A stretch of DNA of 63,531 nt, the filler included. It is 6 parts of 6 records of this genome, joined end to end, with 100 filler letters (N's around TTAATTAATTAA, not from the genome) between each part and the next. Parts side by side here need not be neighbours in the genome. Positions count along the whole stretch, not along the records: positions 28,027 to 39,000 come from SRR31156797_14580; positions 39,101 to 63,531 come from SRR31156797_14608; 4 more parts are not named here. One strand, 5' to 3'. Within the stretch, counting starts at the first letter, position 1. Every line of letters begins with the position of its first letter. The notes beneath the pieces were generated by a model. The model ran no database searches, had not been told where the DNA came from, and saw only the letters and a program-made list of their open reading frames with translations. Of this stretch, positions 30,984-41,849 are shown piece after piece. The position numbers and the translations under genes are program-made.

Positions 30984-32189
30984 ATGAATTTAGAAATGTT
31001 AGTTAAAAGTAGTAATGTTTTATTTTTACTGTTAGGAGCAATAATGATATTTGCAATGCATGCAGGTTTCGCTTTTCTTGAAGTAGGTTCAGTTAGAGAG
31101 AAAAACCAAGTTAATGCACTTGTTAAGATAATTACCGATTGGGCTGTTTCAACTGTTGTTTATTTTCTTGTAGGTTTTCCTTTATCAAGAGGAATTAATT
31201 TCTTTAAACCAGCATCACAGTTAATGGGAGATAATATGGGATTTGATCTTATTAGATTTTTCTTCTTCTTAACATTTGCAGCATGTATTCCTGCTATCAT
31301 TTCAGGTGGAATTGCAGAGAGAGCAAAATTCTGGCCGCAAGTTTTAGCTGGAGCTATATTTGCAGGTGTTTTATATCCTTTCTTTGAATCAATTATATGG
31401 GGTGTTAACTCAGCAGGACTTCAAGGATTAATTAAAAATATTACAGGATATGAATTTGTTGATTTTGCTGGATCTGTAGTAGTACACTCATTTGGTGGAT
31501 GGTTAGCATTACCGGCTATAATTATATTAGGAGCTAGAAATGGTAGATACCCTAATGGTGGAAGTCAACCTTTACCTATTAGTAACGTTCCGTTTTTAGC
31601 ATTAGGAAGTTGGATTTTATGTGTTGGTTGGTTTGGATTTAACGTAATGAGTGCTGTCGAATTAAAAGATATCTCTGGATTAGTAGCTATCAACTCACTA
31701 GCAGCAATGGTTGGGGGAATTCTAACAGCTTTAATTGCATCAAAAGGAGATGCAGTATTTGTACATAATGGTGCTCTTGGCGGACTTGTAGCTGTATGTG
31801 CAGGGTCAGCAATCTATCATCCAATTGGAGCTTTTATTGTAGGATGTATTGCAGCTTTAATATTCGTTTATGGATTCCATTTTGAAACTGAAACACTTAA
31901 AATCGATGATGTACTTGGTGTTGTAGTACTTCATGGAGTAATTGGAAGTTGGGGAGGTATCGCAGCTGGTATCTTCGGACTGGAAATCTTTGGAGGAATG
32001 GGTGGAGTAAACCTTGGAGCTCAACTAATCGGAACAAGTTTAGCAATTGGAGTAGCTCTTGCAGGTGGAACTGCTACTTACTATATTATAGATAAAGTCT
32101 TTGGATTCAGATTACATGAAGAAGGAGAAGAGATCGGATCGGATTTAACTGTACATTCAGTTGACGCTTATCCTGAAAAAACTTTATAA
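30984..32189 (+). CDS. amtB: Ammonium transporter
   Basis: MHAGFAFLE.G, IISGGIAER, DFAGSVVVH, GWFGFN, DDVLGVVVLHG (twin His). Confidence 0.96.
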   Translation: MNLEMLVKSSNVLFLLLGAIMIFAMHAGFAFLEVGSVREKNQVNALVKIITDWAVSTVVYFLVGFPLSRGINFFKPASQLMGDNMGFDLIRFFFFLTFAACIPAIISGGIAERAKFWPQVLAGAIFAGVLYPFFESIIWGVNSAGLQGLIKNITGYEFVDFAGSVVVHSFGGWLALPAIIILGARNGRYPNGGSQPLPISNVPFLALGSWILCVGWFGFNVMSAVELKDISGLVAINSLAAMVGGILTALIASKGDAVFVHNGALGGLVAVCAGSAIYHPIGAFIVGCIAALIFVYGFHFETETLKIDDVLGVVVLHGVIGSWGGIAAGIFGLEIFGGMGGVNLGAQLIGTSLAIGVALAGGTATYYIIDKVFGFRLHEEGEEIGSDLTVHSVDAYPEKTL

Positions 32190-32215
32190 TTAATAAAATA
32201 CATCTTAAATATATT

Positions 32216-32245
32216 TAGGCGAATCGAATGATTCGCCTATTTTTT
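32216..32245 (+). terminator. amtB terminator
   Basis: TAGGCGAATC-GAAT-GATTCGCCTA + T-tract. Confidence 0.88.
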
Positions 32246-32272
32246 ATGTCTAAAACAAATTAAATTTTATTT

Positions 32273-32746
32273 CTAATTAAAATCTGTATTTTTAAGTATT
32301 ATCTCTACTGCCTTTTCTAAATATTTTTTATCTGTCACATCGAAATTAGCATATTCAAAACTATCAATATCAAGAACACCTATAAGTTTATTATTTTTTA
32401 GCATAGGAACAACTATTTCAGAATTAGAAGCTGCATCACAGGCAATATGACCGGGAAATTCATGTACATTTTCAACAATATATGTTTTTCCTTCTTTTGC
32501 AGCGTTACCACAAACACCTTTTCCCATAGAAATCCTTACACAAGCTGATTTTCCTTGAAATGGTCCAAGCATTAGTTCTTCTCCATTATACAGATAAAAT
32601 CCTGCCCAATTTATATTTTTCATATTGTCATTTATAATCGCGCTCGCATTTGCTAAATTAGCTATCATATCATTTTCATCCTCTAATATCGCCTGTAAGT
32701 ACTTCAGCATATGTTCATAATTATTTATTTTTATTTTTATTTTCAT
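32273..32746 (-). CDS. msrC: GAF-domain free methionine-R-sulfoxide reductase
   Basis: NWAGFY, LGPFQGKSAC, GVCG, FPGHIACD..S.SEIVVP, GVLDIDS. Confidence 0.92.
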   Translation of the reverse strand: MKIKIKINNYEHMLKYLQAILEDENDMIANLANASAIINDNMKNINWAGFYLYNGEELMLGPFQGKSACVRISMGKGVCGNAAKEGKTYIVENVHEFPGHIACDAASNSEIVVPMLKNNKLIGVLDIDSFEYANFDVTDKKYLEKAVEIILKNTDFN

Positions 32747-32898
32747 TTACTCCTTTCAAATTTCATCGCTAAATTATTATAACAAAACTTTTATTTAATG
32801 CACATATTTTTAATTATTATTTTTCTAAACTTTAAATACTTAACTTTTCTGATTTTATAGTGTATAATTTGATATAAATTTTACATAAGGAGGAAATA

Positions 32899-33735
32899 AT
32901 GACAAAGCTAAATTATAGAGTATATGAAATAATTGAAAAAGCATCTGATGGTGATAAAGCGAGTAAGATTTTTGATATTTCCATTATTAGTTTAATTATT
33001 TTTAATGTTGTCTTAGTTATTTTGGAATCATTTAATACTCTTGCTGGAAAATATGAAACTCTATTCAACACTGTTGAATTCATCTCAGTTATTATTTTTA
33101 CCACTGAGTTTTTATTGCGTGTTTGGACAGTTCCAAATAAATATCCAAACAAAGGAAAAATTAAAGCCAGAATCATCTACATATTTTCATTCATGGCATT
33201 AATTGATCTATTTGCAATTTTACCATTTTATCTACCTATGTTTTTAGTGATAGACCTTCGTTTTCTGAGAATTCTAAGACTTACAAGATTATTAAGGGTT
33301 TTAAAAATAAATCGATATATGGAATCGTTGGAAATAATTAAAAATGTATTCTCGAACAAAAAAGAGGAGTTATCAGTTACATTATTCATTACTTTTCTTC
33401 TATTATTGCTTTCATCATCGATTATGTATTATGCAGAAAATGATGTTCAACCTGAAGCTTTTCCAAATATTATTGCTTCATTTTGGTGGGGAATAGCTAC
33501 ACTTACAACCGTCGGTTATGGTGATGTTTATCCTGTAACTGCAGCGGGCAAAGTCCTTAGTGGAGTAATCGCCTTATTAGGAATCGGACTTGTTGCTCTT
33601 CCAACAGGTATTATTAGTGGAGGCTTTTTAGAGGAGATTGAGAATAAAAAGAAAGCTGAAGAGGAACTTAACCTTAATAAAAAAGAAAAAAAGTGTTTTT
33701 GTCCATACTGTGGAAATAAACTGGATAATGAGTAA
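32899..33735 (+). CDS. Voltage-gated potassium channel (6TM)
   Basis: S4 LRFLRILRLTRLLRVLK, filter TTVGYGD, C-terminal CPYCG. Confidence 0.93.
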   Translation: MTKLNYRVYEIIEKASDGDKASKIFDISIISLIIFNVVLVILESFNTLAGKYETLFNTVEFISVIIFTTEFLLRVWTVPNKYPNKGKIKARIIYIFSFMALIDLFAILPFYLPMFLVIDLRFLRILRLTRLLRVLKINRYMESLEIIKNVFSNKKEELSVTLFITFLLLLLSSSIMYYAENDVQPEAFPNIIASFWWGIATLTTVGYGDVYPVTAAGKVLSGVIALLGIGLVALPTGIISGGFLEEIENKKKAEEELNLNKKEKKCFCPYCGNKLDNE

Positions 33736-33741
33736 ATCTTA

Positions 33742-33763
33742 AAGGACGGAATTTTCCGTCCTT
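33742..33763. terminator. Bidirectional terminator
   Basis: AAGGACGGAA-TT-TTCCGTCCTT between convergent genes. Confidence 0.75.
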
Positions 33764-34248
33764 TAGTTCATATATAAACTTTCTAATAATTGTGTTCCTG
33801 TTTTCGTTTTGAAAATTTTAACTTTGATACTTTCTATTTGCTTCTTATTCATTCCATCTTCATAAATATTAACTAAAAAATCTGCTTCAACTAATATTTG
33901 GAAATCTTGTTTATCTATCTTGTTATAACTATGATGATTTCCTATCAAAAATAAGATTCTTTCAAGTTTAGTTTCTTCTAAAGTAAACTCTTTTAGTAGT
34001 TCCTTTGCAACAGCAGGTCCTTCTAACTCCTGATAATGTCCTGCTGATGAATTATATTTTTCCTCACTTATCTTGATTCCGATATCATGTAAAAATGCTG
34101 ATATTTCTAATATTTCTATTTCTCTATTACTTAAGTTTTCTTGGTTAGCAATTAATTTAGTAAAACTATGAACTTTTAATGCATGATTAATTCTTCTTAC
34201 ATCTCCAGCAAAGTACTTTATCATTTTCTCCTGTATTTTAGCTAACAT
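33763..34248 (-). CDS. HD-domain protein
   Basis: RRINHALKV, FLHDIG, GNHH, EADFLVN. Confidence 0.88.
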   Translation of the reverse strand: MLAKIQEKMIKYFAGDVRRINHALKVHSFTKLIANQENLSNREIEILEISAFLHDIGIKISEEKYNSSAGHYQELEGPAVAKELLKEFTLEETKLERILFLIGNHHSYNKIDKQDFQILVEADFLVNIYEDGMNKKQIESIKVKIFKTKTGTQLLESLYMN

Positions 34249-34412
34249 CTTCTCTCTCCCTTTATATTTTATTTTCTTCCTAAATATTCTAGCATATTTT
34301 CTCGTTAAAAGAAAAACTATAGCAAAATTATAATTCTACTATTTGAAAAATTAAAGTAAATATAGTACAATTTACTTTGTAATAAACAACCTAATACAAA
34401 AGGAGAGATGAG

Positions 34413-34727
34413 ATGAGTAAAGTATATTGTATTGCAGAATTCAAAGCAAAACCCGGTAGAGAAGAGGAGCTTTTCCAAGCATTAAAAGGATTAGAGGAAG
34501 AAACACATAAAGAAAAAGGGTGCGAACTCTATAAAGTTATGAGAAAAATTGAATGTGACTATGCAACTGGTGAATCTTTAGGTGGAATTATTTTCAATGA
34601 AGTTTGGACAACACAGGAAGATTTCGAAAATCATAATCAAAGTAAGCATATTACAGATTTCTTCCAAAAAGAGTGTTTAGATGAAAATGGATCAGCTGAA
34701 AAGTGGAATGTTAATCTATTTCAATAA
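34413..34727 (+). CDS. Antibiotic biosynthesis monooxygenase (ABM)-fold protein
   Basis: AEFKAKPGREEE...THKEKGC..Y...NEVW...F..H..S.H. Confidence 0.85.
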   Translation: MSKVYCIAEFKAKPGREEELFQALKGLEEETHKEKGCELYKVMRKIECDYATGESLGGIIFNEVWTTQEDFENHNQSKHITDFFQKECLDENGSAEKWNVNLFQ

Positions 34728-34733
34728 ATTTCT

Positions 34734-34784
34734 AGATATAAATAAAGCCTTTGACAGCAACAGTCAAAGGCTTTATTTATATCT
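34734..34784. terminator. 22-bp perfect hairpin, bidirectional terminator
   Basis: AGATATAAATAAAGCCTTTGAC-N7-GTCAAAGGCTTTATTTATATCT between convergent genes. Confidence 0.85.
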
Positions 34785-34840
34785 GTTATTTCCTCTTTAG
34801 TCTTATTAGGTCAGAAAATATAATTTGGATTCTATCTTCC

Positions 34841-35524
34841 TTAATCCATAAGCTGGATGATAATTTTATTTTCTTCCTCTTTACTAGCTCCCCGTTGAAC
34901 ATTTAGCCCATCTGGAAAAAGAAATTTTAATCCTAATTCAATTTCCAAAGCCATAGATTTCCCTGCATTACTATAGTAAAAAATAGTTGATTTTCTTGCT
35001 TTTTTATTTTTATTAATTATAAAAGAATTTCTTTGTTTTCCAAAATCTTTAAATCGCAATAGACTTTTAATACGCTTTTCTAACTTAGATAACTTATCTG
35101 ATTTCGAAAGATTAACTATAGTTATATTGTATTTGTTAGCATCTTTTATAGTTGAATCAAATAACCATTCTTCAAAATCTTTATTTCTTTTCACTATAGA
35201 TTCTAATTCACTATTCTTTTCATCGATAATTCCTTGTTTTAGAACAATTTCATTTTCTAGTTTAGATATAATATCTTTGTTAGCAACAATCTCCTTCTCT
35301 TGCTTAACTATAATTTCTTGTTTTGCAACGACCTCTTCTTCTTGCATTTTAATTTTTTCATCCTTTTCACTTATATCTCCCTGTACATTAGTTTGTCTTA
35401 TAAAGATAATTAATACAAGAAATACAGCGATTGAAGCAATTACAGGAATAGTTTTGTGTGGATGCTTAATTAGTTCCTTAATCTTTAAATCTACACGCTT
35501 ATCAACTTTTTTACCATCTTTCAT
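34841..35524 (-). CDS. Membrane-anchored coiled-coil hypothetical protein
   Basis: Single TM, heptad region, small alpha/beta C-terminal domain (STIFYY...ALEI, possibly LytR_C-like). Confidence 0.65.
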   Translation of the reverse strand: MKDGKKVDKRVDLKIKELIKHPHKTIPVIASIAVFLVLIIFIRQTNVQGDISEKDEKIKMQEEEVVAKQEIIVKQEKEIVANKDIISKLENEIVLKQGIIDEKNSELESIVKRNKDFEEWLFDSTIKDANKYNITIVNLSKSDKLSKLEKRIKSLLRFKDFGKQRNSFIINKNKKARKSTIFYYSNAGKSMALEIELGLKFLFPDGLNVQRGASKEEENKIIIQLMD

Positions 35525-35814
35525 TTAAAATCAACCCCCTATTTTTTCTCTTCACAATATGTCAATTTGAACCCTTACATAAACAATATACTTGTCCTAA
35601 GTATAAACTCCTCTTTATTCTTCTTTGATAATAAGAATCTTCAAAACTAGTAAAAAATTGGTTCAGGAATAAGCATTAAAAGAAGTTGAAAAGAACTTAC
35701 TAATAATCTTTATGATTATAGACAAAATAAACAAAAAATTTAAAAGACACCTCTTCAAATTATTACATGAAGAAATGTCTTTTTATCTTTTAAAGTAAAA
35801 GCTTATTTATTTTT

Positions 35815-36456
35815 TTACGCATTACTACTTTTCTTACGTACAAGACCTATTCCATCACCAAATGGTAATAAAACAAAATTATGATTTTCATGAAGATATT
35901 CAATAAATTCATTTAATCTTCTAACAATGGTTTTAAATCTCTTCGGATACTCTTTATAAAGATATCCTCTGAACATAATATTGTCAATAAAGATAATTCC
36001 ACCTTCATTCAAAAGTTCCCAGCTATCATCAAAGAAATTTCTATATTTACCTTTAGCTGCATCAATAAAAATAAAATCAAATTTTTGATCAAGTTTTTTA
36101 ATCTCTTCAACAGCATCTCCAAGGATTTGAGTTACATTTTCAAGACCGGATTTAGCAAAGTTATCTTTTGCCTGATTGTATCTCTCTTCATCTATTTCAA
36201 TAGTCACAAGTTTTCCATCATTTTTCTGAATAACCTGAGCCATCAAAGTTCCTGAATATCCAATAGCAGTCCCTACTTCAAGTACATCTTTAGTTTTATG
36301 CAACTCCAGCATAAATTTGATATACTCCGCAACTTCTTTAGTTACTATAGGTACATTATGATCTTCTGCGAATTTCTCCATCTCTATTATTAATTCATCT
36401 GTTTCTTTTATTTTTGATACTACATACTCATTTGCACTTTTCAATTCATCTAACAT
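35815..36456 (-). CDS. O-methyltransferase (YrrM/TrmR-like)
   Basis: LEVGTAIGYS, TIEID, FDFIFIDAAKGKY, IDN..FRG, GDG. Start at ATG 36456. Confidence 0.88.
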   Translation of the reverse strand: MLDELKSANEYVVSKIKETDELIIEMEKFAEDHNVPIVTKEVAEYIKFMLELHKTKDVLEVGTAIGYSGTLMAQVIQKNDGKLVTIEIDEERYNQAKDNFAKSGLENVTQILGDAVEEIKKLDQKFDFIFIDAAKGKYRNFFDDSWELLNEGGIIFIDNIMFRGYLYKEYPKRFKTIVRRLNEFIEYLHENHNFVLLPFGDGIGLVRKKSSNA

Positions 36457-36481
36457 TTTTCTACTCCTCATTTTAAACATT

Positions 36482-36597
36482 AGAACCGTGCCTACGCGGC
36501 TCACTGCGGCAACCTTACGTTGCATCGAAATATATAATATAAACTTAAACGACCGAACTAAGGTTCGCACGATGCAACTGCAAAAGTTGCGGTTTTA
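36482..36597. repeat. GC-rich nested palindromic intergenic element (REP/MITE-like)
   Basis: GTTGCATCG/CGATGCAAC, GCAAC/GTTGC, AACCG/CGGTT and CGAAC-TAAG-GTTCG pairings in an AT-rich contig. Confidence 0.55.
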
Positions 36598-36603
36598 TCT
36601 TTT

Positions 36604-37896
36604 TTACTTAATTTTCCTAAATTTAACAATATAAAACGCATCTAAAAAATCATCAAATATATTTACTCCTCCAAATTTATCTACAACAAATTCAACATTT
36701 GAAGGTATTTCAGTTTCTAATACTTCAAAACTATCCTCATATTTTTCTAAAAATTTCCTAACGTTAGCAGTATTCTCCTCTTTTGCTATAGTACATGTAC
36801 TATAGACTAAAATTCCACCAACTTTAAGTTTTTGAATTGATGATTCCAGTATTTCAAGTTGAAGTTTTGCTAATTCCTCCACATTGTTCATCTTTTTATT
36901 ATAAATTGCCTCAGGTTTTTTTCTGATTACTCCAAATCCGCTACAAGGTGCATCTACTAATACTTTATCAAATTCACCATCAAGTTCATGTGATTCCGTA
37001 GCATCTTTTAAAACGGTATTTATTACTTCAATCCCCATATTTTTGGCATTATTATTTATAAGATCCATTTTATGTTCATGAATATCAAGAGCTACAACCT
37101 CTCCCGTATTTTTCATCTCTTCTGCAATTACCATTGATTTTCCACCAGGTGCACTGCATGTGTCAAGGATTCTTTCTCCTTCTTGTGCTCCAAGAGTTTT
37201 AGCTGCGATATATGACGAAGCATCTTGAACAGTAATTTTTCCTGATTTAAATTCAGGTGTACCTAATATTTTTCCATTTGAAACATAGTAAACTGAGTCC
37301 ACTTGCTTCAATATCTCTGCTCCAATACTTTTAAGTAACTCTTTTAATTCAGCTTCTGAATATCTCAATTTATTTATTCTTATACTTAATTTTGGAGTTT
37401 CTTTTAAACTCTTTAACAATTTCATATAATCCTTCGGATAATCTGATTTTACTTTGTTAAAGAACCATTTGGGATACGAATAAAATATGTGTGGTTTTGT
37501 CTTTTCAGTAATTGTTAAAAAATCATCTTGATTTCTGAAAGCATTTCTAAGAACTCCATTTACGAAATTTCCTAGTTTATCGTCAAATTTCTCTTTCGTT
37601 AATTCTACAGCTTCCCAAACTATTCCACTATCATCAGAGTCCATAAAGAAACCTTGATAGATTGATATTTTAAGAAGTTGTTTCACCCATGGATGTTTTA
37701 CATTTTTTGTATAACTTGAAATAGTATAATTTATCAAGTCAAATTTTCTAATAACTCCATAAAAAATTTCTGTTATAAAAGCTTTCTCTTTGAAACTTAA
37801 GCTATTTTCTCTAAAGTAATCATTTATTGCTATATTAGAGTATTTTCCTTTTTCATATTGGAATAATAATTCGATTATTCTTTCTTTTATATTCAT
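36604..37896 (-). CDS. rsmB: 16S rRNA m5C967 methyltransferase
   Basis: NusB-like N-terminus (FVNGVLR), VQDASS, DTCSAPGGKS, DAPCSGFG, VYSTCT. Confidence 0.95.
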   Translation of the reverse strand: MNIKERIIELLFQYEKGKYSNIAINDYFRENSLSFKEKAFITEIFYGVIRKFDLINYTISSYTKNVKHPWVKQLLKISIYQGFFMDSDDSGIVWEAVELTKEKFDDKLGNFVNGVLRNAFRNQDDFLTITEKTKPHIFYSYPKWFFNKVKSDYPKDYMKLLKSLKETPKLSIRINKLRYSEAELKELLKSIGAEILKQVDSVYYVSNGKILGTPEFKSGKITVQDASSYIAAKTLGAQEGERILDTCSAPGGKSMVIAEEMKNTGEVVALDIHEHKMDLINNNAKNMGIEVINTVLKDATESHELDGEFDKVLVDAPCSGFGVIRKKPEAIYNKKMNNVEELAKLQLEILESSIQKLKVGGILVYSTCTIAKEENTANVRKFLEKYEDSFEVLETEIPSNVEFVVDKFGGVNIFDDFLDAFYIVKFRKIK

Positions 37897-37923
37897 TTAT
37901 TCTCCTCTGTTATAAAACACATT

Positions 37924-37952
37924 AAAAAAGGGATTTTTCAATCCCTTTTTTT
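37924..37952 (-). terminator. Hairpin terminator after tgt
   Basis: AAAAAAGGGATT-TTTC-AATCCCTTTTTT. Confidence 0.75.
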
Positions 37953-37964
37953 ATATTAATAAAA

Positions 37965-39000
<1,036 letters not shown>

Positions 39001-39100
39001 NNNNNNNNNNNNNNNNNNNNNNNNNNNNNNNNNNNNNNNNNNNNTTAATTAATTAANNNNNNNNNNNNNNNNNNNNNNNNNNNNNNNNNNNNNNNNNNNN
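39001..39100. other. Artificial contig spacer
   Basis: N44-TTAATTAATTAA-N44. Confidence 0.99.
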
Positions 39101-39666
39101 CCGGCAACGATGTACTTTCTGGAGGCAACAACAACGACATTCTGTCTAGCGGAGCTGGGGACGACAACCTCTACGGTAAGGTCGGTGATGACGTGCTCAA
39201 CGGTGGAGCCGGGGCAGATATTCTTGATGGCGGCGATGGCGCTGATACTCTCTGTGGTGGAATCGGAAACGATTACCTAAATGGAGGAGAAGGAGCTGAC
39301 ACCTACCTATTGGGCATCGGTGAAGGCTCTGACACAATTGCAGATTCGGGAGGAGTTGACAATGCTCTCTTTGACTCTGGCATTGATGCAGAGGATTTAT
39401 GGTTCACTCACGATGCTAATAATTTAAAAATTAACGTTATCGGCTCAGAAGACAAAATCACTATTGTGAATTGGTACACTGAGCAGAACAACCGAGTTGA
39501 ACATTTTGAATTAAATAACGGTATGGTCCTTATCGAGAGCCAAGTACAGTTGTTGGTTGATGCCATGTCGGCCTACACTCCAACTAATCCTGGCGTTCTG
39601 ACTGTTCCTGATACCATCCAAGAAGATGTGCAATCGGTCATCGCAGCCAACTGGACTCTCAGTTGA
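39101..39666 (+). CDS. RTX calcium-binding protein, C-terminal part (T1SS substrate)
   Basis: Consecutive GGxGxDxLx nonapeptides from 39103; C-terminal DLWF....L.I.VIG..D.I...NWY...VE.F...VQLLVDAM..IAANW. Confidence 0.92.
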
Positions 39667-39671
39667 AATCG

Positions 39672-41849
39672 ATGAGCGAAGAAACGAATAAATACGATCG
39701 CAATGCGGCGGGCCTCGGTCAGCGTAAAGCTGATACGGGACTCGCCTCACTTGTTCTGCTGGCCCGATACCACGGTGTGGCAGTCGACCCAGAAGGAGTT
39801 CGACATCGCTTTGCCCCGCCTGGTGAACTCATGCAGCAAATCGACCTGATGCAAGCTGCAAAAAACCTGGGACTTAAGGCAAAGATTTTGGATCGTGACT
39901 GCACAGGTATCTCGAAAGTACCTTATCCAGCCATGGCCCTCATGAAGGACGACTCATGGGTCATCTTAGGCGGTGCACGCAACACTGACATCCTCCTCCA
40001 GAACCCTTTGAAAAAAGGTGCTGAGCAAATCCCTCTGGAGGACTTCGAGAAAGAGTGGTCTGGGAAGCTGCTGTTGATCACAAAAAGAACTCTCCTTCCT
40101 GAAGCTGTCCGCAAGTTCAATATTTCATGGTTCATTCCAGCCTTACTCAAATATAAATGCCTCTTTGGCGAGGTATTGCTTTCTTCTTTTTTCTTACAAC
40201 TTTTTGGTTTGGTCACCCCATTGTTCTTCCAGGTGGTCATTGATAAGGTACTCGTTCATAAAGGACTGACCACTTTGGATGTCCTCGCCATCGGCCTTTT
40301 GGCAATATTTGCCTTTGAGGTTATCCTTGGAGGTCTCCGCACATGGCTTTTCTCTCATACTACGTACCGTGTTGATGTAACTCTTGGAGCGAAACTCTTT
40401 TCCCATCTCATTTCGCTTCCTTTGGCCTACTTCAATGCGCGCCGTGTCGGTGACTCCGTAGCGCGTGTGCGCGAGTTGGAAAATATACGACGTTTCCTGA
40501 CTGGCTCGACCTTGACCATTGTCATCGACCTATTTTTTACTTTTGTATTCATCTTGGTAATGTTTTTCTACAGTTGGAAGCTCACACTCCTTGTACTGGC
40601 AATCATGCCTTTCTATGTCGCCCTATCCGTCTTCGTCACCCCCGCACTAAGACGGCGGCTGGATATAAAATTTCAGCGAGGTGCTGAATCCCAGGCCTTT
40701 CTTGTTGAGACTGTCACCGGCGTGCAAACTCTCAAATCCATGGCGGTGGAACCACAATTTCAACGACGCTGGGAAGACCTCCTTGCTGGCTATGTCAAAT
40801 CAGCTTTCCAAACAGACAACCTTGGCAACTTTGCAGTACAGGCAACCACTTTTTTAAGCAAACTCACAACTTTGTTAATCCTCTGGGTCGGGGCCAGAAG
40901 CGTTATCGACGGTCATCTAAGTATTGGGCAGCTTATCGCATTCAACATGATGGCTGGACGTGTAAGTGGTCCCATCCTTCGCCTATCCAAAGTATGGCAG
41001 GACTTCCAACAGGCCGGAGTTTCTCTGGAACGACTCGGAGATATCCTGAACAACCCTACAGAGCCGGGCTATAACCCCAACAGATCGACCCTCCCTGCCC
41101 TCAAAGGCGCAGTAAGCTTCGAAAAATGTAGCTTCAGATATCGTCAGGATGGACCTTTCATACTTCAAGATGTGGATTTGACTATCAAACACGGGGAAAC
41201 CCTCGGTATTGTTGGCCGATCCGGATCAGGGAAAAGCACACTGACCAATCTGGTACAACGTCTCTACGTACCGGAAAAAGGCCGTGTCCTTGTTGATGGT
41301 ATTAATTTGACCCTCGTGGATACAGCATGGCTTCGACGTCAAATAGGCGTAGTGTTACAAGAAAACACTCTTTTCAACCGTTCTGTCCGGGACAACATCG
41401 CACTTGCTGAGCCCGGTGCTCCAATGGAGGCCGTTGTCAGAGCGGCCCAACTCGCCGGTGCGCACGACTTCATTCTTGAACTACCTGAGGGTTATGACAC
41501 GATAATAGGAGAGCAAGGAACAGGACTGTCAGGAGGTCAGCGACAGCGGATAGCCATCGCCCGGGCTCTACTCACCAACCCTCGCATCCTGATCTTGGAT
41601 GAAGCCACCTCGGCCTTAGATTACGAATCTGAGTACATCATCCAAAAAAACATGGCAGCCATTTGCCGAAACAGAACTGTTATTGTCATTGCGCATCGCC
41701 TTTCAACGGTCAAAAGTTGCAACAGAATTATTGTCGTGGACAAGGGATGCATAATCGAAGGCGGGACCCATGATAACCTGATAAAAACCGGTGGGTATTA
41801 CTCCAAACTTTGGAGCTATCAGGCCAAAGGGTCAGCGAAAGGGATATGA
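39672..41849 (+). CDS. hlyB: Type I secretion ABC transporter, HlyB type with C39-like domain
   Basis: DTGLASL (C39-like, no catalytic Cys), PLFFQVVIDKVLVH, GRSGSGKST, LSGGQRQR, ILDEATSALD. Confidence 0.95.
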   Translation: MSEETNKYDRNAAGLGQRKADTGLASLVLLARYHGVAVDPEGVRHRFAPPGELMQQIDLMQAAKNLGLKAKILDRDCTGISKVPYPAMALMKDDSWVILGGARNTDILLQNPLKKGAEQIPLEDFEKEWSGKLLLITKRTLLPEAVRKFNISWFIPALLKYKCLFGEVLLSSFFLQLFGLVTPLFFQVVIDKVLVHKGLTTLDVLAIGLLAIFAFEVILGGLRTWLFSHTTYRVDVTLGAKLFSHLISLPLAYFNARRVGDSVARVRELENIRRFLTGSTLTIVIDLFFTFVFILVMFFYSWKLTLLVLAIMPFYVALSVFVTPALRRRLDIKFQRGAESQAFLVETVTGVQTLKSMAVEPQFQRRWEDLLAGYVKSAFQTDNLGNFAVQATTFLSKLTTLLILWVGARSVIDGHLSIGQLIAFNMMAGRVSGPILRLSKVWQDFQQAGVSLERLGDILNNPTEPGYNPNRSTLPALKGAVSFEKCSFRYRQDGPFILQDVDLTIKHGETLGIVGRSGSGKSTLTNLVQRLYVPEKGRVLVDGINLTLVDTAWLRRQIGVVLQENTLFNRSVRDNIALAEPGAPMEAVVRAAQLAGAHDFILELPEGYDTIIGEQGTGLSGGQRQRIAIARALLTNPRILILDEATSALDYESEYIIQKNMAAICRNRTVIVIAHRLSTVKSCNRIIVVDKGCIIEGGTHDNLIKTGGYYSKLWSYQAKGSAKGI

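Noticed and set aside
34734-34784. 22-bp perfect palindrome as a mobile-element end
   Set aside because: It sits right after a stop between convergent genes with A/T flanks, so a bidirectional terminator explains it.
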